A stretch of 64,000 bases of DNA from Candidatus Falkowbacteria bacterium (lineage in GTDB: Bacteria; Patescibacteriota; Patescibacteriia; JAACEG01): NCBI GenBank assembly GCA_018651725.1, contig JABIDK010000001.1, positions 748 to 64,747 of the forward strand, in the 5' to 3' direction. This document shows positions 37,997 through 47,233 of this stretch, piece by piece. How positions within the stretch are numbered: the first letter of the stretch is position 1; each line of letters begins with the position of its first letter. The notes under the pieces are model-generated. The model worked only from the letters and a program-made list of their open reading frames with translations. It was not told where the DNA came from and did not search any database. The position numbers were made by a program, and so were the translations under genes.

Positions 37997-40405
37997 CTAT
38001 TTTACCTTCTTTTCTTTCTTTAGTATCTCTATAGTTGTTTTAATAACCGTGTCCGGATTAAGGGAAATACTATCAATTCCGCACTCTACTAAAAATGTGG
38101 CAAAGTCAGGGAAGTCACTTGGGGCTTGACCGCAGATACCGATTTTCTTTTTTTGTTTTTTGGCTTTTTCTATGGCTAATTTAACTAAAGTTTTAACAGC
38201 TAGATTTCTTTCGTCGTAAACATGACTTACTAACGCGCTGTCTCGATCAACTCCCAGAGTTAGTTGGGTTAAGTCATTGGAACCGATTGAAAAGCCGTCA
38301 AAAATTTTAGCGAACTCTTCCAGTAAAATTACATTGGATGGAATTTCAGTCATTACATAAATCTCTAAATCATTTTTACCTTGGCGAAGCCCTTGCTTTT
38401 GCATTATTTGAATTACTTTTTGCCCCTCATCTATTGTTCTACAGAACGGAATCATTATTTTAAGATTTTTTAACCCAAGTTTTTGACGAACTTTTTGAAT
38501 CGCTTTACACTCCATCTCAAAAGCCGGACGATACTCTTTGCTGTAATAGCGTGAAGCTCCGCGCCAGCCAATCATTGGGTTGTCTTCGGTTGGTTCGAAT
38601 AAGTGTCCGCCGATTAAGTTGGCATATTCATTGGATTTAAAGTCGGACAATCTAACGATTACATCTTTTGGATAAAAAGCAGCTGTAATTATCGCTACAC
38701 CTTCGGCTAGCTTATCGATAAAAAATTGTTTTTTATCTTTGTAGCCTTTGGTTATCTCTTCTATTTTTTCAATATCGTCTTTTGTTAAGCGTTTTGCTTT
38801 TTTAAGTTTATCAAAATTTATCAAAGCCAAAGGATGAATTTTAATGTAACTGTTTATAATAAACTCTTCTCTTGCTAGACCCACTCCATCGTTTGGAATA
38901 AAGGATTCGGCAAAAGCGTTTTCCGGTGAACCAATGTTCATCATTATTTTTGTCTTTGGGCGTTTTAGATTTTTTATGTTATGACGAATAATTTTATGTT
39001 TTAAAAGTCCTTCATAAACATACCCCTTTTCACCCTCAGCGCAAGATACGGTTATTGGTTTTTTGTTTTTTAACTTTTTTGTAGCATCTCCGGACCCAAC
39101 GATACACGGCACCCCAAGCTCACGCGATACAATTGCAGCGTGACAGGTGCGACCGCCTTTGTCTGTAACGATTGCTCCGGCGATTTTCATTATCGGCACC
39201 CAGTCCGGATCGGTCATGTCGGTTACTAAAATCTGTCCTTTTTTGAATTTTTTAATGTCAGCTATATCTTTGATGACATTAATTTGTCCGGCTCCAATTT
39301 TAGATCCAACTGAAGCACCAACAACCATTGGTTTTTTGCGTTCCAGTAATTTATATTCTTCCAAAACATTTGGATTTTTCTGTGAGTGAACTGTTTCCGG
39401 TCGCGCTTGAACAATATATAGCTTATTGTTTCGCCCGTCTTTTGCCCACTCCATATCCATTGGTTTATTATAGTGTTTTTCAATGGTCATTGCCCAGTTA
39501 GCCAAAGTTAAAATCTCTAAATCGCTAATGCTGAATTTTTCACGATCGCGTTCAGATACTTTAATATCTTTAACCGGGTTTTTAGAGTTGTGAGTATAAA
39601 CCATTTTAACTGATTTAGTACCGATTTTTCTTGATAAAATTGCCGGAAAATTCTTTTTTAAAAGTGGTTTAAAAACATAAAATTCATCCGGTGTTACTTT
39701 TCCCTGAACAATATTTTCACCCAAACCGTAAATAGAGTTAATTAAAACCGTATCTTTAAAGCCTGATTCAGTGTCGATTGAGAACATTACTCCGGACGAA
39801 GCTAAGTCTGAGCGAACCATTTTTTGGACACCAATTGAAAGTCCGATTTCAAAGTGGTCGAATTTCTTAGTTTCCCGATAAACAATTGCTCGATTAGTAA
39901 AAAGTGAAGCAAAGCATTTCTTACAGGCTCTTAGTAAGTCTTTCTCTCCGCGAATATTTAAAAAAGTTTCCTGCTGTCCGGCAAAAGAAGCATCCGGCAA
40001 ATCTTCAGCTGTAGCCGAGGACCTAACTGCCACATCTGTTCCGCGTCCGCTTTCTTTATTTAAAGCGTTTAATTTTTTATAGGCTTTTATAATTTCTTTT
40101 TCTAGCTCTTCTGGCAAGGATGATCCCAAAATAAGTTTCCGAACTTTATTTCCGCGATAGTAAAGATTGTCGATGTTAGTTGCATCAAGTCCGCGTAAAA
40201 TAACTTTAATTTGATCTTTAATTCCGGCTTGCTCTAAAAAATAATGATAAGCTTGCGCAGTAACAGCAAACCCGTTAGGTACATTAACGCCTTTCTTAGT
40301 AAGTTGACTATACATCTCTCCCAAGGAGGCATTCTTCCCGCCTACTTTAGGAACATCTTTAATTCTAAGATCCTTAAACCAAAGTACAAAAGGTTGTTTT
40401 TTCAT
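37997..40405 (-). CDS. ppsA: Phosphoenolpyruvate synthase (pyruvate, water dikinase)
   Basis: Phospho-His domain GGRTCHAAIVSRELGVPCIVG, ATP-grasp N-terminus, C-terminal PEP-utilising TIM barrel; 802 aa. Confidence 0.9.
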   Translation of the reverse strand: MKKQPFVLWFKDLRIKDVPKVGGKNASLGEMYSQLTKKGVNVPNGFAVTAQAYHYFLEQAGIKDQIKVILRGLDATNIDNLYYRGNKVRKLILGSSLPEELEKEIIKAYKKLNALNKESGRGTDVAVRSSATAEDLPDASFAGQQETFLNIRGEKDLLRACKKCFASLFTNRAIVYRETKKFDHFEIGLSIGVQKMVRSDLASSGVMFSIDTESGFKDTVLINSIYGLGENIVQGKVTPDEFYVFKPLLKKNFPAILSRKIGTKSVKMVYTHNSKNPVKDIKVSERDREKFSISDLEILTLANWAMTIEKHYNKPMDMEWAKDGRNNKLYIVQARPETVHSQKNPNVLEEYKLLERKKPMVVGASVGSKIGAGQINVIKDIADIKKFKKGQILVTDMTDPDWVPIMKIAGAIVTDKGGRTCHAAIVSRELGVPCIVGSGDATKKLKNKKPITVSCAEGEKGYVYEGLLKHKIIRHNIKNLKRPKTKIMMNIGSPENAFAESFIPNDGVGLAREEFIINSYIKIHPLALINFDKLKKAKRLTKDDIEKIEEITKGYKDKKQFFIDKLAEGVAIITAAFYPKDVIVRLSDFKSNEYANLIGGHLFEPTEDNPMIGWRGASRYYSKEYRPAFEMECKAIQKVRQKLGLKNLKIMIPFCRTIDEGQKVIQIMQKQGLRQGKNDLEIYVMTEIPSNVILLEEFAKIFDGFSIGSNDLTQLTLGVDRDSALVSHVYDERNLAVKTLVKLAIEKAKKQKKKIGICGQAPSDFPDFATFLVECGIDSISLNPDTVIKTTIEILKKEKKVK

Positions 40406-40438
40406 AAAAATAAAATAATAAGTTAAATTTCTTTTTTA

Positions 40439-41755
40439 TTATTTTACCACAGTATTTATTTTTTGAGAAATTTTGATAAATAACCCTAAAATTAAAAACA
40501 GCAACAGTAAACCAAAGTGACTACTCCAGAGCCAGTGGTCGAAGAACATTATTATAAGAAGAGAACAGGTGGCTATAAAAAAGATATTGTTTTTAAGATT
40601 TCTTTTTCGTAATAACATTATTATAAAGCTTAAAAATAAAATAAGTCCGATTATGCCGAGCTCAGTTAAAATTAAAAGATAAGTATTATGAACCGGCTGG
40701 AAGTACCAGGCCGGCATATCTTTTTTTAGTTTGTTGTAGTTGGCGATTGTGTAGTTTCCGACACCAAACCCTTTTATTTGATTGTCTTTAATTAAATTTT
40801 TGGCTTGAGTTGTATAGTCTATTCGCTCTTCAATAGATTGAATTTCCAAGCGGTTGTTTATTGTAAAGCGTGGTAGAAAAATTTCTTTAAAATTAAAGAT
40901 AAAAAAAGAAGTGATTATTAGGAAAAGAAAAAGAATTTTGGATAAAGCCTGTATATTTTTTCTAAAATTAAATATTATAAAAAATATAAAACCCATTCCA
41001 AAGACTAGCCAGGCACTACGTGAAAAGGTAGTTAGTAAACCGGAAAATAAAATAATTAAAGAGACAAGCAAAAAGAGACGAGTGTACAAGTCTTTTTTGT
41101 TTTGCTCCTCTTTTTTATTAACTTTTAAATACAGGTTGATTGCAAAAAATAAAGCAATCACTAGATAACCACCTAAAATATTTGGATGAGCTTGCCCGCC
41201 GTAAGATCTAAGCCAGCGCCTTTCTTCTGTTTGGATTACAGATACGCCCAGCTCCAGTGGATTATGCGCGCTAATGCCCAGATATTTATTAGCAGGTATA
41301 TCTTGATTAAAAAATTGCCATAGTCCGAAGCCGCTTTGTAAAGTAGCTGATAAAATAAAGACAAGAAGAAGTTTTTTCCAGTTGAACTTTATATTTAAAA
41401 CTACAAAAAATAACGCAACAGCAGAGGTAATTTTAATCACTGAATATAGAGCCAGCTGTTTATCCAGAGACCAGATAATTGAGAGGAGAGACCACGCGAT
41501 TAAGAGTATCGAGATTTTTGTGATGTTTGGGACTTTTGGGATACGATATTTAAAGATACGAATTTTGGTAAGTATAAACAATCCAAAAAGCAAGATTAAA
41601 ATTAAATCACTCAAGTAAAAACAAATCGTGCCGTACTCCCATTTAGCGTTATTAATAAAAAGCTCCCGCGTAATATAGCAAGTTTGTAGCGGAAATAAAA
41701 AAACGAATAAATATAATAAGTATTCAATTATTTTGTTTAAGTTTAACTTAGACAT
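40439..41755 (-). CDS. O-antigen ligase / polymerase-like polytopic membrane protein
   Basis: About 10-12 TM helices with a central periplasmic loop. Confidence 0.55.
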   Translation of the reverse strand: MSKLNLNKIIEYLLYLFVFLFPLQTCYITRELFINNAKWEYGTICFYLSDLILILLFGLFILTKIRIFKYRIPKVPNITKISILLIAWSLLSIIWSLDKQLALYSVIKITSAVALFFVVLNIKFNWKKLLLVFILSATLQSGFGLWQFFNQDIPANKYLGISAHNPLELGVSVIQTEERRWLRSYGGQAHPNILGGYLVIALFFAINLYLKVNKKEEQNKKDLYTRLFLLVSLIILFSGLLTTFSRSAWLVFGMGFIFFIIFNFRKNIQALSKILFLFLIITSFFIFNFKEIFLPRFTINNRLEIQSIEERIDYTTQAKNLIKDNQIKGFGVGNYTIANYNKLKKDMPAWYFQPVHNTYLLILTELGIIGLILFLSFIIMLLRKRNLKNNIFFIATCSLLIIMFFDHWLWSSHFGLLLLFLILGLFIKISQKINTVVK

Positions 41756-41762
41756 AGGCCTA

Positions 41763-42650
41763 TTAATAAACTCGGTTTATTAGCGAAAGAAATTTATTGT
41801 AATAATGTTTCCGTTTGTCTTTGTCGTGGAATTTTAGCATCTTATCGTTTATTATTATATTTGTGTTTTTGTTGGCTTGTTCTTTTAGATGTTTTGGCAT
41901 TTTTTTAAGTTGGATTTTTTTGGCTAGCTTTTCAAATCTAGAAACAAGGCGACATTGTTTTTTTGACGCGGTTTTGGTGTTTGTAAAAGCAATATTTTTA
42001 AAAACATTTGGCAGATATTTTTTAAGCCACTCATTTTCTTTAATAAATTTTTCGTAAGTTTGATTTTTGTTATAAAGCACAACAAGACTTGCTAACCAGT
42101 AGTGAAAATAAATATCGTTTTTATGTAAGGCGATATTTTGAAAGTTTAAATTGTCTTCGCTGGTGTAAAATGTTAAGCAAATTTTGTTTTTTTGATTTTT
42201 AGGAGTTGGGCGCCCGCCAAATAAATATGATAGTAAAATAGTTATAAAACGAGTTAGCCAAATACGATTTTTCTTGGTAACAATAAAAAAATCAAGATCA
42301 CTTTTTGATCTTGTATTTTTTTGAGGCATAAAATTACCTATTGCAACCACTTGCACAAATGGAATTAATCCAAAAACCTTGACAACTCTTTTTGTTTTTT
42401 TATATTTATTTAAACTTTCTTTTTCCCGTTTTTTGCGAGTATTAATAATCTCTTCACGATTGGATAAAAAATAAAAATCTTCTTTGTGATTTATATTTCC
42501 ATGATCTAAAAATTTTTTGACATCATCCAGGGAGTAATCTTGTTGCGGAAAATATAAAAATTTCCAAATTTCTTCTTTGGTTAATGGATAATCAAACATA
42601 TCAAAAAAGACAATGGTAGATAAGATAGATTTTTTTAAGTCGTTTTCCAT
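41763..42650 (-). CDS. Hypothetical protein (295 aa)
   Basis: ORF only. Confidence 0.5.
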   Translation of the reverse strand: MENDLKKSILSTIVFFDMFDYPLTKEEIWKFLYFPQQDYSLDDVKKFLDHGNINHKEDFYFLSNREEIINTRKKREKESLNKYKKTKRVVKVFGLIPFVQVVAIGNFMPQKNTRSKSDLDFFIVTKKNRIWLTRFITILLSYLFGGRPTPKNQKNKICLTFYTSEDNLNFQNIALHKNDIYFHYWLASLVVLYNKNQTYEKFIKENEWLKKYLPNVFKNIAFTNTKTASKKQCRLVSRFEKLAKKIQLKKMPKHLKEQANKNTNIIINDKMLKFHDKDKRKHYYNKFLSLINRVY

Positions 42651-42722
42651 GGTTTTATAATACCAAAAAAATACAATTTAAAAAGGGCAGAGCTGTTTTG
42701 CTCTGCCCCGGAGATGGAAAAA

Positions 42723-42929
42723 TTAATAATGGCACGGAGGAATTCCTCCGTTTAGGTCGGCTTCGGTAAGGAGGCCGTGCTTTAGTTTGAATTCTTCCTC
42801 AGACAATTGCTCGTCTGACTTCTTCTGCAATTTTTTTGCTTCTTTTTCTAACTTCTCATAGTCATGTTTGATTTGTTCGCTCATAATTTTTCTCCTTTTC
42901 GGTTGGTGAAACAAATTCTCCTTTTTCAT
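42723..42929 (-). CDS. Small hypothetical protein
   Basis: Short ORF; it overlaps an alternative small ORF at 42862-43068. Confidence 0.3.
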   Translation of the reverse strand: MKKENLFHQPKRRKIMSEQIKHDYEKLEKEAKKLQKKSDEQLSEEEFKLKHGLLTEADLNGGIPPCHY

Positions 42930-43139
42930 TTTTTATGTAACCATACATAGCGGCTAGCTCCGGGTCTTGCGGTATTTGCCTTGTGCATGGCAACGCCCCT
43001 GTGTCGGTATTAGTATGGCTGAAAGGGCTTTTTTCTTTAAGTTTTTTATTATCAAATCCAAATCCCATTTTATTATCTCCTTTTTTGAGGGTTCGTAAAA
43101 TTATATTATTATATTCTAAACAAATTAAAAAATCAATAG

Positions 43140-44186
43140 TTACTCTGTTTTTGGTCTGTCTACCTCTAAAGGCTCGATACTTGGTGTTTTGCCCGAAATT
43201 TTAACTACATCTTTGTCTACTTTTTTAAGTTCTTTGTAAGCGTGATTATAGTGATTGACTGTTGTCCCGAGGGAGGCGCCTATTTTTTTGAAGTAATCTT
43301 CATAGCTGTTAATGTGTCTGCCGAGCATCTCTACCCTTTTTCTGATTTCTTTGGCTGATTCTTCTATTTGAAGGGCGTTTAATCCTTGGACAACCATTTG
43401 CAAGTAAGCGTAAAATGATGTTGGTGAAGTTATGATAACATGTTTATCTGTGAAAGCGTATTCAATTAAATCTCGAGTATTTACTTTAACCGCGCCAACT
43501 TGGTTAACCAGTAAATCGTAGTAAATTCCCTCGGCTGGAATAAACATAAAAGCAAAGTCCATTGTTCCTTTTTCCGGTTTAATATATTTAGCTGTTTCAT
43601 CGATTCTTTTTTTAAGATCCAGCTTAAATTCCTTTTCAAATTTTTCTCTTTGAATAGGGTCTTTTTCAGAGACAATGCGATTATAGTTTTCCAATGAGAA
43701 TTTAGAGTCTACAGGAATAATTTTGTCTTTTACAAAAACAGCCGCATCCACAATATCGCCATCACCAAAGGCGTACTGCATCTTATAGGTTGATGGTGGT
43801 AGGACATTTTTTAAAATTAGCTCCAGTTGATATTCGCCTAAAATTCCGCGGTGTTTAGGGTTTTTTAAAATGTCTTCCAGGTTTTGCAAAGGAGTCTTTA
43901 AGTCTAAAACTTGTTTAGAGGTGCTGTCCAGTTGAGTTAACTTTTCTGTAATATTAGTAATTATTTTAGTGCTTTCGGAAAATTGATTTTGCATTAAACG
44001 AGAAGATTCTCCCAGTCTAGTGTCTAAAGTTTTAGTAATTTCATTGATTTGATTTTGTAAAAGAATTAAACCTTTGTCGTCCTTTTGTTTGTCGGTTGCT
44101 TCACTGAATTTTTTATTTAAAAAATATAAAATAATACCGAATCCAGCTAAAACTATTAAAATAATAACAATTTGAAATATGTTCAT
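43140..44186 (-). CDS. rmuC: DNA recombination protein RmuC
   Basis: N-terminal TM, long coiled coil, C-terminal DFAFMFIPAEGIYYDLL motif of the RmuC family. Confidence 0.8.
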   Translation of the reverse strand: MNIFQIVIILIVLAGFGIILYFLNKKFSEATDKQKDDKGLILLQNQINEITKTLDTRLGESSRLMQNQFSESTKIITNITEKLTQLDSTSKQVLDLKTPLQNLEDILKNPKHRGILGEYQLELILKNVLPPSTYKMQYAFGDGDIVDAAVFVKDKIIPVDSKFSLENYNRIVSEKDPIQREKFEKEFKLDLKKRIDETAKYIKPEKGTMDFAFMFIPAEGIYYDLLVNQVGAVKVNTRDLIEYAFTDKHVIITSPTSFYAYLQMVVQGLNALQIEESAKEIRKRVEMLGRHINSYEDYFKKIGASLGTTVNHYNHAYKELKKVDKDVVKISGKTPSIEPLEVDRPKTE

Positions 44187-44196
44187 AAAAAGTAAA

Positions 44197-44234
44197 TTAT
44201 CAGCCAGGGGGCTGATCAGCCCCCTGGCTGATAA
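44197..44234. repeat. Perfect 38-bp GC-rich palindrome in the divergent intergenic region
   Basis: ttatcagccagggggctgatcagccccctggctgataa. Confidence 0.7.
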
Positions 44235-44426
44235 GATTAAGTTTAAGTAATTTTAAGGTTATAATAGCACAGAGCTTTGTTTAAAAGCAAATATTGACAT
44301 TTAGACTCTAAAATAGTATTCTTCTAGTATTAGTAAGATTGTTGATAAGACGAAAGATGGATATTTTGCTTTGATTTTTAATTTATTTTTATTAGCATTT
44401 CAATAAAAAAAATAACCATTAAGATA

Positions 44427-45758
44427 TTGTTGTTGTTTATAAAATTTTTCTTAAAGCTTAAAAAAGTTTTAGGAATGGTTTTTGTTTTGGCTTTGTATAA
44501 GCCATTTTTTTATTTATTTAAGTTTTTTTATAAATACGGAGGGAAGTTTTTTATTTTAAAGGCTTATAAGCCATATAGAATAGTAAAGAAATATTTTCAA
44601 GAACATTTTTTTTCTGTTAAGAATAAATTTCTGCATATTTTCGGAAGCCGTTATCTTGTTCACACGATAATTATCTTTATAGCTATCTTCGTGACTACCT
44701 CTAATATTAAAGCATACGAGAAAAAAGGTTCATTAATTAAGTTTGACAATAAAATGTTGGTTGGCCAGCTGATCAAGGCGGGAGAATTTGAAGGTGCTGA
44801 AGAGTTGATAGAAGAAAACATAGATATAGGCACTATTAGCGCTAAAAAAAGAAATTATTTTTACGTTGAAGAAACAAAAAGTAGTCTTGTCTACAGTCCA
44901 CAGCTTGATATTGATGAAAGTGTAGAAGCTCTTGGTATTGTTGTGAGAGGTAACGGAGATACTTTAAGATCCACGATAATAGACACAAGTGAAACTCCTA
45001 AGACAAGGACAGAGGTTGAGTATTATATAGTTCAGAGCGGGGATACAGTCTCCGCTATTGCCAAAAAATATAACGTGACTAGCAACACCATTATTTGGGA
45101 AAATAAACTTAATAAGTATGGTTTTATTAATTTAGGACAAAAATTAACAATCCTGCCTACTACCGGAGTTGTTTATAAGGTTAAAAAGTACGATACAATC
45201 AGTAAAATCGCTAATAACTACAACGTTGAAGAATCAGAGATAATGGAAACAAATAAAATAGCTAGCGCTTCTTCTTTGCAAATTGGACAGAGTTTGATTA
45301 TTCCGGGAGGACGAAAAGCTTATGTCGCGCCTAAAGTAACAACCGCTAAGGTCGCCAGGAGTACTAAAACAACTACCTATAAAGCCAGTATCACAAGCTC
45401 TGATAAATTTTTATGGCCGGCTAGCTGTCGTACGATTACTCAATATTATCATTGGCGTCATCACGGCGTTGATATCGCTTGTAAACATGGTACTCCGATT
45501 TATGCTGTAGAGGACGGTACTGTGAGTGCTTCAGGTTGGTCAACCGGTTATGGAAAACGAATAATAATAAACCACGGAAACGGTACCAAAACTCTATATG
45601 CTCACTTTACCAAGCTTTACGTTCGAGCCGGACAAGCAGTAAATCGCGGAGATGCAATCGGTGCCATGGGTTCAACTGGTTGGTCAACCGGATCACATCT
45701 GCACTTTGAAGTTAGAAAAGCAGGCTCCAAGAAAAATCCGTTGAGTTATATAAGGTAG
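44427..45758 (+). CDS. LysM-domain M23-family peptidoglycan endopeptidase
   Basis: Two LysM repeats (YIVQSGDTVSAIAKKYNVT, YKVKKYDTISKIANNYNVE) and a C-terminal M23 motif HHGVDIA...GYGKRIIINHGNG...HLHFE. Confidence 0.85.
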   Translation: MLLFIKFFLKLKKVLGMVFVLALYKPFFYLFKFFYKYGGKFFILKAYKPYRIVKKYFQEHFFSVKNKFLHIFGSRYLVHTIIIFIAIFVTTSNIKAYEKKGSLIKFDNKMLVGQLIKAGEFEGAEELIEENIDIGTISAKKRNYFYVEETKSSLVYSPQLDIDESVEALGIVVRGNGDTLRSTIIDTSETPKTRTEVEYYIVQSGDTVSAIAKKYNVTSNTIIWENKLNKYGFINLGQKLTILPTTGVVYKVKKYDTISKIANNYNVEESEIMETNKIASASSLQIGQSLIIPGGRKAYVAPKVTTAKVARSTKTTTYKASITSSDKFLWPASCRTITQYYHWRHHGVDIACKHGTPIYAVEDGTVSASGWSTGYGKRIIINHGNGTKTLYAHFTKLYVRAGQAVNRGDAIGAMGSTGWSTGSHLHFEVRKAGSKKNPLSYIR

Positions 45759-45871
45759 TTATTAGATCTGTTACGATAGCGGGTCTAACTCTTGATTTTT
45801 TATAAGAAGTATGTATAATAGACAATAAGTCTAATAAAAACAAAAAAGAAACCAACAAAAGGAGGGGTAAA

Positions 45872-46093
45872 ATGAGGGTTTTAACAGGAGAAAGACCGTG
45901 TAAAAGGTGTGATTTTGACGATGGACTGGGGTTAACTTGCCCTGACTGTGGAGAGGAATTTTGCTCCGCATGTTTTGTCCCTAACTACGAGGATCCTGAG
46001 GGGAGGATATATTGTCCAAGATGCGAGGCATTAATCATCACTACTCCGGCAACCCTATTCAAAACAGTTATTTCAAGGATTCCCGTACTTTAA
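45872..46093 (+). CDS. Small zinc-ribbon protein
   Basis: CKRCD...CPDCG...CSAC...CPRC. Strong RBS aaaggagggg; terminator at 46133-46159. Confidence 0.5.
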   Translation: MRVLTGERPCKRCDFDDGLGLTCPDCGEEFCSACFVPNYEDPEGRIYCPRCEALIITTPATLFKTVISRIPVL

Positions 46094-46132
46094 TTTTTTG
46101 CCCGCATTAGGTGGGTTAAATCTCTCTATCTG

Positions 46133-46159
46133 AGGTCGATAAAACGACCTCTTTTTTTT
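46133..46159 (+). terminator. Rho-independent terminator
   Basis: gaggtcgataaaacgacctctttttttt. Confidence 0.75.
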
Positions 46160-46494
46160 GGAAAATATTATTAGGTACCTAAGTTAAGGGATTTTAAGAG
46201 ATATTTTGGTAAAATTACAGTGAATTTACTGTGGAGAACTATTAAATATCGCAAAAGCAGATAACTTTATTAGTTATATACGAACTTATTAACTTCTTGC
46301 TTTATTATAGCCAGATATAGCCTTTAAAATTCTATTCAAGAAATAGCAAGTCGCATAAACATTGGATTTTAAGGTGGATATACCTGTGGATAACTTGGGG
46401 AAAACATGTGGAATAAATAGATAGCCATATAAACCTTCTAGCATTTTAGCGTGTAAACAAGCTAAAAAACAGTGTTTTTGTAGGATGTTTATAT

Positions 46495-46510
46495 TGTTTC
46501 ACGTGAAACA
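46495..46510. repeat. parS-type palindrome, copy 1
   Basis: tgtttcacgtgaaaca matches the chromosomal parS consensus TGTTNCACGTGAAACA. Confidence 0.75.
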
Positions 46511-46534
46511 TAGTAAGATTAAAAGATTAACAAA

Positions 46535-46550
46535 TGTTTCACGTGAAACA
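46535..46550. repeat. parS-type palindrome, copy 2
   Basis: aatgtttcacgtgaaacatt. Confidence 0.75.
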
Positions 46551-46620
46551 TTGTGGAATTGATAAAAATTTGTTATTATATGCTTAAAAGCTTATTAAAC
46601 ATAGCTTTAAAGGGATTTTT

Positions 46621-47016
46621 ATGAACTTAAAACTTAAAAAAACAATTATTGAACTTATATTTTGGTCTCATTTAGTGATAGTTTTTATTTGGTTTGGGTT
46701 ATTTTTTGTGCCAAATTCTCTATGGAGCAATAAAACAGCTTTTCATTTTTGGTTTATCGTTGATATTACAACTATCCAATTTTTTTGGGGGCTTATATTG
46801 TATAAATATACAAAAAAAGTAAATATAATTTGTCCGATGACTACTTTAATGCAAAAATTAAGAGGTTTTCCCCTAAAAACAAAGGAGAATTTCGCTCATT
46901 CTTTTATAGTGGAGTGCTTAGGAAGGTTAAATGTTAAGGTTAGCTATAAAACTATTAATTTACTTTTATTAATTACTGTTGTTTTGGTATCGATTCAGTA
47001 TTATTTGTTAGACTAA
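46621..47016 (+). CDS. Hypothetical small membrane protein
   Basis: Three hydrophobic helices; the ORF lies between parS copies. Confidence 0.45.
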   Translation: MNLKLKKTIIELIFWSHLVIVFIWFGLFFVPNSLWSNKTAFHFWFIVDITTIQFFWGLILYKYTKKVNIICPMTTLMQKLRGFPLKTKENFAHSFIVECLGRLNVKVSYKTINLLLLITVVLVSIQYYLLD

Positions 47017-47019
47017 CAA

Positions 47020-47035
47020 TGTTTCACGTGAAACA
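47020..47035. repeat. parS-type palindrome, copy 3
   Basis: aatgtttcacgtgaaacatt. Confidence 0.75.
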
Positions 47036-47127
47036 TTAATCAAAAAAATATAACAAGGTGAATTCCGAAGGAAGAGAAAGTGGTCTGGGCCAAAACACGA
47101 CAACATAACGATGTGATGTAATGATAA

Positions 47128-47143
47128 TGTTTCACGTGAAACA
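47128..47143. repeat. parS-type palindrome, copy 4
   Basis: aatgtttcacgtgaaacatt. Confidence 0.75.
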
Positions 47144-47233
47144 TTGTATTAAAAAAACCGCACAAATATGCGGTTTTTTGATTTTGTTTAGGCTAGAGGT
47201 CGTATGTTTTCTTACTTTTTTATTTTTTTGATA

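Larger units (their letters stand above)
46230..46560. promoter_or_regulatory. Cluster of DnaA-box-like 9-mers in the same orientation (candidate oriC / DnaA box array)
   Basis: tgtggataa at 46385-46393 is a perfect TTATCCACA complement. Near-matches: tgtggagaa 46230, ggtggatat 46373, tgtggaata 46407, tgtggaatt 46552. The surrounding 500 bp is AT-rich and non-coding. Confidence 0.5.
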
